A stretch of 64,000 nt of DNA, taken from contig OZ024741.1 in assembly GCA_964016885.1 (NCBI GenBank), forward strand, positions 245,892,001-245,956,000. Reading direction: 5' to 3'. Position numbers and translations under genes: made by a program. Below the pieces are notes generated by a model that did not search any database, was not told the origin of the DNA, and saw nothing but the letters and a program-made list of their open reading frames with translations. Source of the DNA: Eledone cirrhosa (Eukaryota). Shown here one piece after another: positions 27,801 to 42,480 of the stretch (position 1 is its first letter; every line of letters begins with the position of its first letter).

Positions 27801-30800
27801 TTACAATCTCCGCCTGATTTTTTTAAAAATTGTCTTCCCTTGGCTGGCTGGAAATTATCTCCCCTTGGACACTGGATATTATAGCCCCTTGGAGGGCTGG
27901 AAATTATCTTCCCTTGGACGGCTGGAAATTATCTCCCCTTGATTTTTTTTACAAATTATCTCCGCCTGATTTTTTTTTACAAATTATCTCCCCCTGATTT
28001 TTTTTTACAAATTATCTACCCCTGATTTTTTTTTACAAATTATCTCCCCCTGATTTTTTTTACAAATTATCTCCCCCTGATTTTTCTTTTACAAATTATC
28101 TCCCCCTGATTTTTTTACAAATTATCTCCCCCTGATTTTTTTTACAAATTATCTCCGCCTGATTTTTTTAAATATTATCTTCCCTTGGCTGGCGGGAAAT
28201 TATCTCCCCTTGGACGGCTGGAAATTATCTGCCCTTGATTTTCTTTTTACAAATTATCTTCCACTGATTTTTTTTACAAATTATCTTCACCTGATTTTTT
28301 AAAAAATTATCTCCCCTTGGAAGGCTGGAAATTATCTCCCCTTGGACGGCTGGAAATTATCTCCCCTTGGACGGCTAGAAATTATCTCTCCTTGGACGGC
28401 TGAAAATTATCTCCCCTTGGACGGCTGCAAATTATCTCCCCTTGATTTTTTTTACAAATTATCTCCCCCTGATTTTTTTTACAAATTATCTCCCCCTGAT
28501 TTTTTTACAAATTATCTACCCCTGATTTTTTTTACAAATTATCTCCCCCTGATTTTTTTTTACAAATTATCTCCCCCTGATTTTTTTTTACAAATTATCT
28601 CCCCCTGATTTTTTTTTACAAATTATCTCCCCCTGATTTTTTTACAAATTATCTCCCCCTGATTTTTTTTACAATCTCCGCCTGATTTTTTTAAAAATTA
28701 TCTTCCCTTGGCTGGCGGGAAATTATCTCCCCTTGGACGGCTGGAAATTATCTCCCCTTGGAAGGATGGAAATTATCTCCCCTTGGACGGCTGGAAATTA
28801 TCTCCCCTTGCACGGCTGGAAATTATCTCCCCTTGGCTGGAAATTATCTCCCCTTGGACGGCTAGAAATTATCTCTCTTTGGACGGCTGGAAATTATCTC
28901 CCTTTGATTTTTTTTACAAATTATCTCCCTCTGATTTTTTTTACAAATCTCCCCCTGATTTTTTTAAAAAAATTATCTCCCCTTCGCTGGCTGGAAATTA
29001 TCTTCCCTTGGACGGCTGGAAATTATCTCCCCTTGATTTTTTTTACAAATTATCTCCGCCTGATTTTTTTTTTAAATTATCTCTCCTTGGACGGCTGGAA
29101 ATTATCTCCCCTTGATTTTTTTTACAAATAATCTCCCCCTGATTTTTTTTTATAAATTATCTCCCCCTGATTTTTTTTTACAAATTATCTACCCCTGATT
29201 TTTTTTTACAAATTATCTCCCCCTGATTTTTTTTACAAATTATCTCCCCCTGATTTTTCTTTTACAAATTATCTCCCCCTGATTTTTTTACAAATTATCT
29301 CCCCCTGATTTTTTTTACAAATTGTCTCCGCCTGATTTTTTTAAATATTATCTTCCCTTGGCTGGCGGGAAATTACCTCCCCTTGGACGGCTGGAAATTA
29401 TCTGCCCTTGATTTTCTTTTTACAAATTATCTTCCACTGATTTTTTTTACAAATTATCTCCACCTGATTTTTTAAAAAATTATCTCCCCTTGGAAGGCTG
29501 GAAATTATCTCCCCTTGGACGGCTAGAAATTATCTCTCTTTGGACGGCTGGAAATTATCACCCCTTGAGTTTTTTACAAATTATCTCCCCCTGATTTTTT
29601 TTACAAATCTCCCAGTGATTTTAAAAAAAAAATTATCTCCCCTTCGCTGGCTGGAAATTATCTCCCCTTGGACGCTGGAAATTATAGCCCCTTGGAGGGC
29701 TGGAAATTATCTTCCCTTGGACGGCTGGAAATTATCTCCCCTTGGACGGCTGGAAATTATCTCTCCTTGGACGGCTAGAATTTACCTCTCCTTGGACGGC
29801 TGAAAATTATCTCCCCTTGAACGGCTGGAAATTATCTCCCCTTGATTTTTTTTACAAATTATCTCCCCCTTTTTTTTTTTTACAAATTATCTCCCCCTGA
29901 TTTTTTTTTACAAATTATCTCCCCCTGATTTTTTTTTACAAATTATCTCCCCCTGATTTTTTTTACAAATTATCTCCCCCCTGATTTTTTTACAAATTAT
30001 CTCCCCTTGGCTGGTTGGAAATTATCTCCCCTTGGAGGCTGGAACTTATCTCCCCTTGGACGGCTAGAAATTACCTCTCCTTGGACGGCTGGAAAATATG
30101 TCTCCTTGGACGGCTGGATATTATCTCCCCTTGGACGGCTGGAAATTATCTCCCCTTGGACGGCTGGAAATTATCTCCCCTTGGATGGCTAGATATTACC
30201 TCCCCTTGGACGGCTGGAAATTATCTCCCCTTGATTTTTTTAACAAATTATCTCCCCCTGATTTTTTTTACAAATTATCTCCCCCTGATTTTTTTTAAAA
30301 AATTATCTCCCCCTGATTTTTGTTTACAAATTATCTCCGCCTGATTTTTTTTAACAAATTATCTCCCCTTGGACGGCTGGAAATTATCTCCCCTTGGACG
30401 GCTGGAAATTATATCTCCTTGGACGGCTAGAATTTACCTCTCCTTGGACGGCTGAAAATTATCTCCCCTTGGACGGCTGGAAATTATCTCCCCTTGATTT
30501 TTTTTACAAATTATCTCCCCCTGATTTTTTTTTACAAATTATCTCCCCCTGATTTTTTTTTACAAATTATCTCCCCCTGATTTTTTTTTACAAATTATCT
30601 CCCCCTGATTTTTTTACAAATTATCTCCCCTTGGCTGGCTGGAAATTATCTCCCCTTGGAGGCTGGAACTTATCTCCACTTGGACGGCTAGAAATTACCT
30701 CTCCTTGGACGGCTGGAAAATATGTCTCCTTGGACGGCTGGATATTATCTCCCCTTGGACGGCTGGAAATTATCTCCCCTTGGACGGCTGGAAATTATCT

Positions 30801-31471
30801 CCCCTTGGATGGCTAGATATTACCTCCCCTTGGACGGCTGGAAATTATCTCCCCTTGATTTTTTTTACAAATTATCTCCCCCTGATTTTTTTTTACAAAT
30901 TATCTCCCCCTGATTTTTTTTTACAAATTATCTCCCCCTGATTTTTGTTTACAAATTATCTCCGCCTGATTTTTTTTTTTAAATTATCTCCCCTTGGACG
31001 GCTGGAAATTATCTCCCCTTGGACGGCTAGAAATTACCTCTCCTTGGACGGCTGAAAATTATCTCCCCTTGGACGGCTGGAAATTATCTCCCCTTGATTT
31101 TTTTACAAATTATCTCCCCCTGATTTTTTTTTTACAAATTATCTCCCCCTGATTTTTTTTTACAAATTATCTACCCCTGATTTTTTTTTACAAATTATCT
31201 CCCCCTGATTTTTTTTTACAAATTATCTACCCCTGATTTTTTTTACAAATTATCTCCCCCTGATTTTTTTTACAAATTATCTCCCCCTGATTTTTTTTTT
31301 ACAAATTATCTCCCCCTGATTTTTTTACAAATTATCTCCCCCTGATTTTTTTTACAAATTATCTCCGCCGGATTTTTTTAAATATTATCTTCCCTTGGCT
31401 TGCGGGAAATTATCTCCCCTTGGACGGCTGAAAATTATCTCCCCTTGGACGGCTGGAAATTATCTCCCCTT
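24817..31471. repeat. HOR unit 5 (6,655 bp)
   Basis: Markers at 24817 and 31472. Pseudo-ORFs 24740/31395 and 26171/32826 are offset by 6,655. Confidence 0.9.
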
Positions 31472-34400
31472 GCACGGCTGGAAATTATCTCCCCTTGGAC
31501 GGCTAGAAATTATCTCTCTTTGGACGGCTGGAAATTATCTCCCTTTGATTTTTTTTACAAATTATCTCCCTCTGATTTTTTTTACGAATCTCCCCCTGAT
31601 TTTTTTAAAAAAATTATCTCCCCTTCGCTGGCTGGAAATTATCTCCCCTTGGACACTGGAAATTATAGCCCCTTGGAGGGCTGGAAATTATCTTCCCTTG
31701 GACGGCTGGAAATTATCTCCCCCTGATTTTTTTTACAAATTATCTCCGCCTTATTTTTTTAAAAAGTTATCTCTCCTTGGACGGCTGGAAATTATCTCCC
31801 CTTGATTTTTTTTACAAATAATCTCCCCCTGATTTTTTTTTACAAATTATCTCCCCCTGATTTTTTTTTACAAATTATCTACCCCTGATTTTCTTTTACA
31901 AATTATCTCCCCCTGATTTTTGTTACAAATTATCTCCCCCTGATTTTTCTTTTACAAATTATCTCCCCCTGATTTTTTTTACAAATTATCTCCGCCTGAT
32001 TTTTTTAAATATTATCTTCCCTTGGCTGGCGGGAAATTATCTCCCCTTGGATGGCTGGAAATTATCTGCCCTTGATTTTCTTTTTACAAATTATCTTCCA
32101 CTGATTTTTTTTACAAATTATCTCCACCTGATTTTTTTAAAAATTATCTCCCCTTGGAAGGCTGGAAATTATCTCCCCTTGGCTGGAAATTATCTCCCCT
32201 TGGACGGCTAGAAATTATCTCTCTTTGTACGGCTGGAAATTATCACCCCTTGAGTTTTTTACAAATTATCTCCCCCTGATTTTTTTTACAAATCTCCCAG
32301 TGTTTTTTAAAAAAAATTATCTCCCCTTCGCTGGCTGGAAATTATCTCCCCTTGGACGCTGGAAATTATAGCCCCTTGGAGGGCTGGAAATTATCTTCCC
32401 TTGGACGGCTGGAAATTATCTCCCCTTGATTTTTTTTACAAATTATCTCCCCCTGATTTTTTTTTACAAATTATCTCCCCCTGATTTTTTTTTACAACTT
32501 ATCTGCGCCTGATTTTTTTAAAAAAATTATCTTCCCTTGGACGGCTGGAAATTATCTCCCCTTGGACGGCTGGAAATTATCTCTCCTTGGACGGCTAGAA
32601 TTTACCTCTCCTTGGACGGCTGAAAATTATCTCCCCTTGGACGGCTGGAAATTATCTCCCCTTGATTTTTTTTACAAATTATCTCCCCCTGATTTTTTTT
32701 TACAAATTATCTGCCCCTGATTTTTTTTTACAAATTATCTCCCCCTGATTTTTTTTTTAAAATTATCTCCCCCTGATTTTTTTTACAAATTATCTCCCCC
32801 TGATTTTTTTACAAATTATCTCCCCTTGGCTGGCTGGAAATTATCTCCCCTTGGAGGCTGGAACTTATGTCCCCTTGGACGGCTAGAAATGACCTCTCCT
32901 TGGACGGCTGGAAAATATGTCTCCTTGGACGGCTGGATATTATCTCCCCTTGGACGGCTGGAAATTATCTCCCCTTGGACGGCTGGAAATTATCTCCCCT
33001 TGGATGGCTAGATATTACCTCCCCTTGGACGGCTGGAAATTATCTCCCCTTGATTTTTTTTACAAATTATCTCCCCCTGATTTTTTTTTACAAATTTTCT
33101 CCCCCTGATTTTTGTTTACAAATTATCTCCGCCTGATTTTTTTTTAAAAATTATCTCCCCTTGGACGGCTGGAAATTATCTCCCCTTGGACGGCTAGAAA
33201 TTACCTCTCCTTGGACGGCTGAAAATTATCTCCCCTTGGACGGCTGGAAATTATCTCCCCTTGATTTTTTTACAAATAATCTCCCCCTGATTTTTTTTTA
33301 CAAATTATCTCCCCCTGATTTTTTTTTTACAAATTATCTCCCCCTGATTTTTTTTTACAAATTATCTACCCCTGATTTTTTTTACAAATTATCTCCCCCT
33401 GATTTTTTTTACAAATTATCTCCCCCTGATTTTTTTTTACAAATTATCTCCCCCTGATTTTTTTACAAATTATCTCCCCCTGATTTTTTTTACAAATTAT
33501 CTCCGCCTGATTTTTTTAAATATTATCTTCCCTTGGCTGGCGGGAAATTATCTCCCCTTGGACGGCTGAAAATTATCTCCCCTTGGACGGCTGGAAATTA
33601 TCTCCCCTTGATTCTTTTTACAAATTATCTCCCCCTGATTTTTTTTTACAAATTATCTCCCCCTGATTTTTTTACAAATTATCTCCCCCTGATTTTTTTT
33701 TACAAATTATCTCCCCCTGATTTTTTTTACAAATTATTTCCCTCTGATTTTTTTGCAAATTATCTCCCCCTGATTTTTTTTTTACAAATTATCTCCCCCT
33801 GATTTTTTTTTACAAATTATCTCCCCCTGATTTTTTTTTACAAATTATCTCCCCCTGATTTTTTTTACAAATTATCTCCCCCCTGATTTTTTTACAAATT
33901 ATCTCCCCTTGGCTGGCTGGAAATTATCTCCCCTTGGAGGCTGGAACTTATCTCCCCTTGGACGGCTAGAAATTACCTCTCCTTGGACGGCTGGAAAATA
34001 TGTCTCCTTGGACGGCTGGATATTATCTCCCCTTGGACGGCTGGAAATTATCTCCCCTTGGACGGCTGGAAATTATCTCCCATTGGATGGCTAGATATTA
34101 CCTCCCCTTGGACGGCTGGAAATTATCTCCCCTTGATCTTTTTACAAATTATCTCCCCCTGATTTTTTTTTTACAAATTATCTCCCCCTGATTTTTTTTT
34201 ACAAATTATCTACCCCTGATTTTTTTTTACAAATTATCTCCCCCTGATTTTTTTTACAAATTATCTCCCCCTGATTTTTTTTTTACAAATTATCTCCCCC
34301 TGATTTTTTTACAAATTATCTCCCACTGATTTTTTTTACAAATTATCTCCGCCTGATTTTTTTAAATATTATCTCTCCTTGGCTGGCGGGAAATTATCTC

Positions 34401-37400
34401 CCCTTGGACGGCTGGAAATTATCTCCCCTTGGAAGGATGGAAATTATCTCCCCTTGGACGGCTGGAAATTATCTCTCCTTGGACGGCTAGAATTTACCTC
34501 TCCTTGGACGGCTGAAAATTATCTCCCCTTGAACGGCTGGAAATTATCTCCCCTTGATTTTTTTTACAAATTATCTCCCCCTTTTTTTTTTTTACAAATT
34601 ATCTCCCCCTGATTTTTTTTTACAAATTATCTCCCCCTGATTTTTTTTTACAAATTATCTCCCCCTGATTTTTTTTACAAATTATCTCCCCCCTGAATTT
34701 TTTACAAATTATCTCCCCTTGGCTGGTTGGAAATTATCTCCCCTTGGAGGCTGGAACTTATCTCCCCTTGGACGGCTAGAAATTACCTCTCCTTGGACGG
34801 CTGGAAAATATGTCTCCTTGGACGGCTGGATATTATCTCCCCTTGGACGGCTGGAAATTATCTCCCCTTGGACGGCTGGAAATTATCTCCCCTTGGATGG
34901 CTAGATATTACCTCCCCTTGGACGGCTGGAAATTATCTCCCCTTGATTTTTTTAACAAATTATCTCCCCCTGATTTTTTTTACAAATTATCTCCCCCTGA
35001 TTTTTTTTAAAAAATTATCTCCCCCTGATTTTTGTTTACAAATTATCTCCGCCTGATTTTTTTTAACAAATTATCTCCCCTTGGACGGCTGGAAATTATC
35101 TCCCCTTGGACGGCTGGAAATTATATCTCCTTGGACGGCTAGAATTTACCTCTCCTTGGACGGCTGAAAATTATCTCCCCTTGGACGGCTGGAAATTATC
35201 TCCCCTTGATTTTTTTTACAAATTATCTCCCCCTGATTTTTTTTTACAAATTATCTCCCCCTGATTTTTTTTTACAAATTATCTCCCCCTGATTTTTTTT
35301 TACAAATTATCTCCCCCTGATTTTTTTACAAATTATCTCCCCTTGGCTGGCTGGAAATTATCTCCCCTTGGAGGCTGGAACTTATCTCCACTTGGACGGC
35401 TAGAAATTACCTCTCCTTGGACGGCTGGAAAATATGTCTCCTTGGACGGCTGGATATTATCTCCCCTTGGACGGCTGGAAATTATCTCCCCTTGGACGGC
35501 TGGAAATTATCTCCCCTTGGATGGCTAGATATTACCTCCCCTTGGACGGCTGGAAATTATCTCCCCTTGATTTTTTTTACAAATTATCTCCCCCTGATTT
35601 TTTTTTACAAATTATCTCCCCCTGATTTTTTTTTACAAATTATCTCCCCCTGATTTTTGTTTACAAATTATCTCCGCCTGATTTTTTTTTTTAAATTATC
35701 TCCCCTTGGACGGCTGGAAATTATCTCCCCTTGGACGGCTAGAAATTACCTCTCCTTGGACGGCTGAAAATTATCTCCCCTTGGACGGCTGGAAATTATC
35801 TCCCCTTGATTTTTTTACAAATTATCTCCCCCTGATTTTTTTTTTACAAATTATCTCCCCCTGATTTTTTTTTACAAATTATCTACCCCTGATTTTTTTT
35901 TACAAATTATCTCCCCCTGATTTTTTTTTACAAATTATCTACCCCTGATTTTTTTTACAAATTATCTCCCCCTGATTTTTTTTACAAATTATCTCCCCCT
36001 GATTTTTTTTTTACAAATTATCTCCCCCTGATTTTTTTACAAATTATCTCCCCCTGATTTTTTTTACAAATTATCTCCGCCGGATTTTTTTAAATATTAT
36101 CTTCCCTTGGCTTGCGGGAAATTATCTCCCCTTGGACGGCTGAAAATTATCTCCCCTTGGACGGCTGGAAATTATCTCCCCTTGATTTTTTTTACAAATT
36201 ATCTCCCCCTGATTTTTTTTTACAAATTATCTCCCCCTGATTTTTTTTACAAATTATCTCCCCCTGATTTTTTTTACAAATTATCTCCCCCTGATTTTTT
36301 TTACAAATTATCTCCCCCTGATTTTTTTTTACAAATTATCTCCCCCTGATTTTTTTACAAATTATCTCCCCCTGATTTTTTTTACAAATTATCTCCGCCT
36401 GATTTTTTAAAATATTATCTTCCCTTGGCTGGCGGGAAATTATCTCCCCTGGACGGCTGGAAATTATCTGCCCTTGATTTTCTTTTTACAAATTAACTTC
36501 CACTGATTTTTTTTACAAATTATCTCCACCTGATTTTTTTAAAAATTATCTCCCCTTGGAAGGCTGGAAATTATCTCCCCTTGGCTGGAAATTATCTCCC
36601 CTTGGACGGCTAGAAATTATCTCTCTTTGGACGGCTGGAAATTATCACCCCTTGAGTTTTTTACAAATTATCTCCCCCTGATTTTTTTTACAAATCTCCC
36701 AGTGATTTTTAAAAAAAAATTATCTTCCCTTCGCTGGCTGGAAATTATCTCCCCTTGGACGCTGGAAATTATAGCCCCTTGGAGGGCTGGAAATTATCTT
36801 CCCTTGGACGGCTGGAAATTACCTCCCCTTGATTTTTTTTACAAATTATCTCCCCCTGATTTTTTTTTACAAATTATCTCCCCCTGATTTTTTTTTACAA
36901 CTTATCTGCGCCTGATTTTTTTAAAAAAATTATCTCCCCTTGGACGGCTGGAAATTATCTCCCTTTGGACGGCTGGAAATTATCTCTCCTTGGACGGCTA
37001 GAATTTACCTCTCCTTGGACGGCTGAAAATTATCTCCCCTTGGACGGCTGGAAATTATCTCCCCTTGATTTTTTTTACAAATTATCTCCCCCTGATTTTT
37101 TTTTACAAATTATCTCCCCCTGATTTTTTTACAAATTATCTCCCACTGATTTTTTTTACAAATTATCTCCGCCTGATTTTTTTAAATATTATCTCTCCTT
37201 GGCTGGCGGGAAATTATCTCCCCTTGGACGGCTGGAAATTATCTCCCCTTGGAAGGATGGAAATTATCTCCCCTTGGACGGCTGGAAATTATCTACCCCT
37301 GATTTTTTTTACAAATTATCTCCCCCTGATTTTTTTTACAAATTATCTCCCCCTGATTTTTTTTACAAATTATCTACCCCTGATTTTTTTTACAAATTAT

Positions 37401-40309
37401 CTCCCCCTGATTTTTTTTTACAAATTATCTCCCCCTGATTTTTTTTACAAATTATCTACCCCTGATTTTTTTACAAATTATCTCCCCCTGATTTTTTTTA
37501 CAATCTCCGCCTGATTTTTTTAAAAATTGTCTTCCCTTGGCTGGCTGGAAATTATCTCCCCTTGGACACTGGAAATTATAGCCCCTTGGAGGGCTGGAAA
37601 TTATCTTCCCTTGGACGGCTGGAAATTATCTCCCCTTGATTTTTTTTACAAATTATCTCCGCCTGATTTTTTTTTACAAATTATCTCCCCCTGATTTTTT
37701 TTTACAAATTATCTACCCCTGATTTTTTTTTACAAATTATCTCCCCCTGATTTTTTTTACAAATTATCTCCCCCTGATTTTTCTTTTACAAATTATCTCC
37801 CCCTGATTTTTTTACAAATTATCTCCCCTTGATTTTTTTTACAAATTATCTCCGCCTGATTTTTTTAAATATTATCTTCCCTTGGCTGGCGGGAAATTAT
37901 CTCCCCTTGGACGGCTGGAAATTATCTGCCCTTGATTTTCTTTTTACAAATTATCTTCCACTGATTTTTTTTACAAATTATCTCCACCTGATTTTTTAAA
38001 AAATTATCTCCCCTTGGAAGGCTGGAAATTATCTCCCCTTGGACGGCTGGAAATTATCTCCCCTTGGACGGCTAGAAATTATCTCTCCTTGGACGGCTGA
38101 AAATTATCTCCCCTTGGACGGCTGCAAATTATCTCCCCTTGATTTTTTTTACAAATTATCTCCCCCTGATTTTTTTTACAAATTATCTCCCCCTGATTTT
38201 TTTACAAATTATCTACCCCTGATTTTTTTTACAAATTATCTCCCCCTGATTTTTTTTTACAAATTATCTCCCCCTGATTTTTTTTTACAAATTATCTCCC
38301 CCTGATTTTTTTTTTACAAATTATCTCCCCCTGATTTTTTTACAAATTATCTCCCCCTGATTTTTTTTACAATCTCCGCCTGATTTTTTTAAAAATTATC
38401 TTCCCTTGGCTGGCGGGAAATTATCTCCCCTTGGACGGCTGGAAATTATCTCCCCTTGGAAGGATGGAAATTATCTCCCCTTGGACGGCTGGAAATTATC
38501 TCCCCTTGCACGGCTGGAAATTATCTCCCCTTGGCTGGAAATTATCTCCCCTTGGACGGCTAGAAATTATCTCTCTTTGGACGGCTGGAAATTATCTCCC
38601 TTTGATTTTTTTTACAAATTATCTCCCTCTGATTTTTTTTACAAATCTCCCCCTGATTTTTTTAAAAAAATTATCTCCCCTTCGCTGGCTGGAAATTATC
38701 TTCCCTTGGACGGCTGGAAATTATCTCCCCTTGATTTTTTTTACAAATTATCTCCGCCTGATTTTTTTTTTAAATTATCTCTCCTTGGACGGCTGGAAAT
38801 TATCTCCCCTTGATTTTTTTTACAAATAATCTCCCCCTGATTTTTTTTTATAAATTATCTCCCCCTGATTTTTTTTTACAAATTATCTACCCCTGATTTT
38901 TTTTTACAAATTATCTCCCCCTGATTTTTCCTTTACAAATTATCTCCCCCTGATTTTTTTACAAATTATCTCCCCCTGATTTTTTTTACAAATTGTCTCC
39001 GCCTGATTTTTTTAAATATTATCTTCCCTTGGCTGGCGGGAAATTACCTCCCCTTGGACGGCTGGAAATTATCTGCCCTTGATTTTCTTTTTACAAATTA
39101 TCTTCCACTGATTTTTTTTACAAATTATCTCCACCTGATTTTTTAAAAAATTATCTCCCCTTGGAAGGCTGGAAATTATCTCCCCTTGGACGGCTAGAAA
39201 TTATCTCTCTTTGGACGGCTGGAAATTATCACCCCTTGAGTTTTTTACAAATTATCTCCCCCTGATTTTTTTTACAAATCTCCCAGTGATTTTTTAAAAA
39301 AAATTATCTCCCCTTCGCTGGCTGGAAATTATCTCCCCTTGGACGCTGGAAATTATAGCCCCTTGGAGGGCTGGAAATTATCTTCCCTTGGACGGCTGGA
39401 AATTATCTCCCCTTGATTTTTTTTACAAATTATCTCCCCCTGATTTTTTTTTACAAATTATCTCCCCCTGATGTTTTTTTACAACTTATCTGCGCCTGAT
39501 TTTTTTAAAAAAATTATCTCCCCTTGGACGGCTGGAAATTATCTCCCCTTGGACGGCTGGAAATTATCTCTCCTTGGACGGCTAGAATTTACCTCTCCTT
39601 GGACGGCTGAAAATTATCTCCCCTTGAACGGCTGGAAATTATCTCCCCTTGATTTTTTTTACAAATTATCTCCCCCTTTTTTTTTTTTACAAATTATCTC
39701 CCCCTGATTTTTTTTTACAAATTATCTCCCCCTGATTTTTTTTTACAAATTATCTCCCCCTGATTTTTTTTACAAATTATCTCCCCCCTGATTTTTTTAC
39801 AAATTATCTCCCCTTGGCTGGTTGGAAATTATCTCCCCTTGGAGGCTGGAACTTATCTCCCCTTGGACGGCTAGAAATTACCTCTCCTTGGACGGCTGGA
39901 AAATATGTCTCCTTGGACGGCTGGATATTATCTCCCCTTGGACGGCTGGAAATTATCTCCCCTTGGACGGCTGGAAATTATCTCCCCTTGGATGGCTAGA
40001 TATTACCTCCCCTTGGACGGCTGGAAATTATCTCCCCTTGATTTTTTTAACAAATTATCTCGCCCTGATTTTTTTTACAAATTATCTCCCCCTGATTTTT
40101 TTAAAAAAATTATCTCCCCCTGATTTTTGTTTACAAATTATCTCCGCCTGATTTTTTTTAACAAATTATCTCCCCTTGGACGGCTGGAAATTATCTCCCC
40201 TTGGACGGCTGGAAATTATATCTCCTTGGACGGCTAGAATTTACCTCTCCTTGGACGGCTGAAAATTATCTCCCCTTGGACGGCTGGAAATTATCTCCCC
40301 TTGATTTTT

Positions 40310-42480
40310 TTTACAAATTATCTCCCCCTGATTTTTTTTTACAAATTATCTCCCCCTGATTTTTTTTTACAAATTATCTCCCCCTGATTTTTTTTTACAA
40401 ATTATCTCCCCCTGATTTTTTTACAAATTATCTCCCCTTGGCTGGCTGGAAATTATCTCCCCTTGGAGGCTGGAACTTATCTCCACTTGGACGGCTAGAA
40501 ATTACCTCTCCTTGGACGGCTGGAAAATATGTCTCCTTGGACGGCTGGATATTATCTCCCCTTGGACGGCTGGAAATTATCTCCCCTTGGACGGCTGGAA
40601 ATTATCTCCCCTTGGATGGCTAGATATTACCTCCCCTTGGACGGCTGGAAATTATCTCCCCTTGATTTTTTTTACAAATTATCTCCCCCTGATTTTTTTT
40701 TACAAATTATCTCCCCCTGATTTTTTTTTACAAATTATCTCCCCCTGATTTTTGTTTACAAATTATCTCCGCCTGATTTTTTTTTTAAAATTATCTCCCC
40801 TTGGACGGCTGGAAATTATCTCCCCTTGGACGGCTAGAAATTACCTCTCCTTGGACGGCTGAAAATTATCTCCCCTTGGACGGCTGGAAATTATCTCCCC
40901 TTGATTTTTTTACAAATTATCTCCCCTTGATTTTTTTTTTACAAATTATCTCCCCCTGATTTTTTTTTACAAATTATCTACCCCTGATTTTTTTTTACAA
41001 ATTATCTCCCCCTGATTTTTTTTTACAAATTATCTACCCCTGATTTTTTTTACAAATTATCTCCCCCTGATTTTTTTTACAAATTATCTCCCCCTGATTT
41101 TTTTTTTACAAATTATCTCCCCCTGATTTTTTTACAAATTATCTCCCCCTGATTTTTTTTACAAATTATCTCCGCCGGATTTTTTTAAATATTATCTTCC
41201 CTTGGCTTGCGGGAAATTATCTCCCCTTGGACGGCTGAAAATTATCTCCCCTTGGACGGCTGGAAATTATCTCCCCTTGATTTTTTTTACAAATTATCTC
41301 CCCCTGATTTTTTTTTACAAATTATCTCCCCCTGATTTTTTTTACAAATTATCTCCCCCTGATTTTTTTTTACAAATTATCTCCCCCTGATTTTTTTTAC
41401 AAATTATCTCCCCCTGATTTTTTTTACAAATTATCTCCCCCTGATTTTTTTTTACAAATTATCTCCCCCTGATTTTTTTTTACAAATTATCTCCCCCTGA
41501 TTTTTTTACAAATTATCTCCCCTTGGCTGGCTGGAAATTATCTCCCCTTGGAGGCTGGAACTTATCTCCACTTGGACGGCTAGAAATTACCTCTCCTTGG
41601 ACGGCTGGAAAATATGTCTCCTTGGACGGCTGGATATTATCTCCCCTTGGACGGCTGGAAATTATCTCCCCTTGGACGGCTGGAAATTATCTCCCCTTGG
41701 ATGGCTAGATATTACCTCCCCTTGGACGGCTGGAAATTATCTCCCCTTGATTTTTTTTACAAATTATCTCCCCCTGATTTTTTTTTACAAATTATCTCCC
41801 CCTGATTTTTTTTTACAAATTATCTCCCCCTGATTTTTGTTTACAAATTATCTCCGCCTGATTTTTTTTTTAAAATTATCTCCCCTTGGACGGCTGGAAA
41901 TTATCTCCCCTTGGACGGCTAGAAATTACCTCTCCTTGGACGGCTGAAAATTATCTCCCCTTGGACGGCTGGAAATTATCTCCCCTTGATTTTTTTACAA
42001 ATTATCTCCCCTTGATTTTTTTTTTACAAATTATCTCCCCCTGATTTTTTTTTACAAATTATCTACCCCTGATTTTTTTTTACAAATTATCTCCCCCTGA
42101 TTTTTTTTTACAAATTATCTACCCCTGATTTTTTTTACAAATTATCTCCCCCTGATTTTTTTTACAAATTATCTCCCCCTGATTTTTTTTTTACAAATTA
42201 TCTCCCCCTGATTTTTTTACAAATTATCTCCTCCTGATTTTTTTTACAAATTATCTCCGCCGGATTTTTTTAAATATTATCTTCCCTTGGCTTGCGGGAA
42301 ATTATCTCCCCTTGGACGGCTGAAAATTATCTCCCCTTGGACGGCTGGAAATTATCTCCCCTTGATTTTTTTTACAAATTATCTCCCCCTGATTTTTTTT
42401 TACAAATTATCTCCCCCTGATTTTTTTTACAAATTATCTCCCCCTGATTTTTTTTTACAAATTATCTCCCCCTGATTTTT
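40310..42480. repeat. Local tandem duplication, 2 x 1,085 bp
   Basis: Identical pseudo-ORFs at 40438/41523 and 41202/42287. Boundaries fall within B runs and are approximate. Confidence 0.85.
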
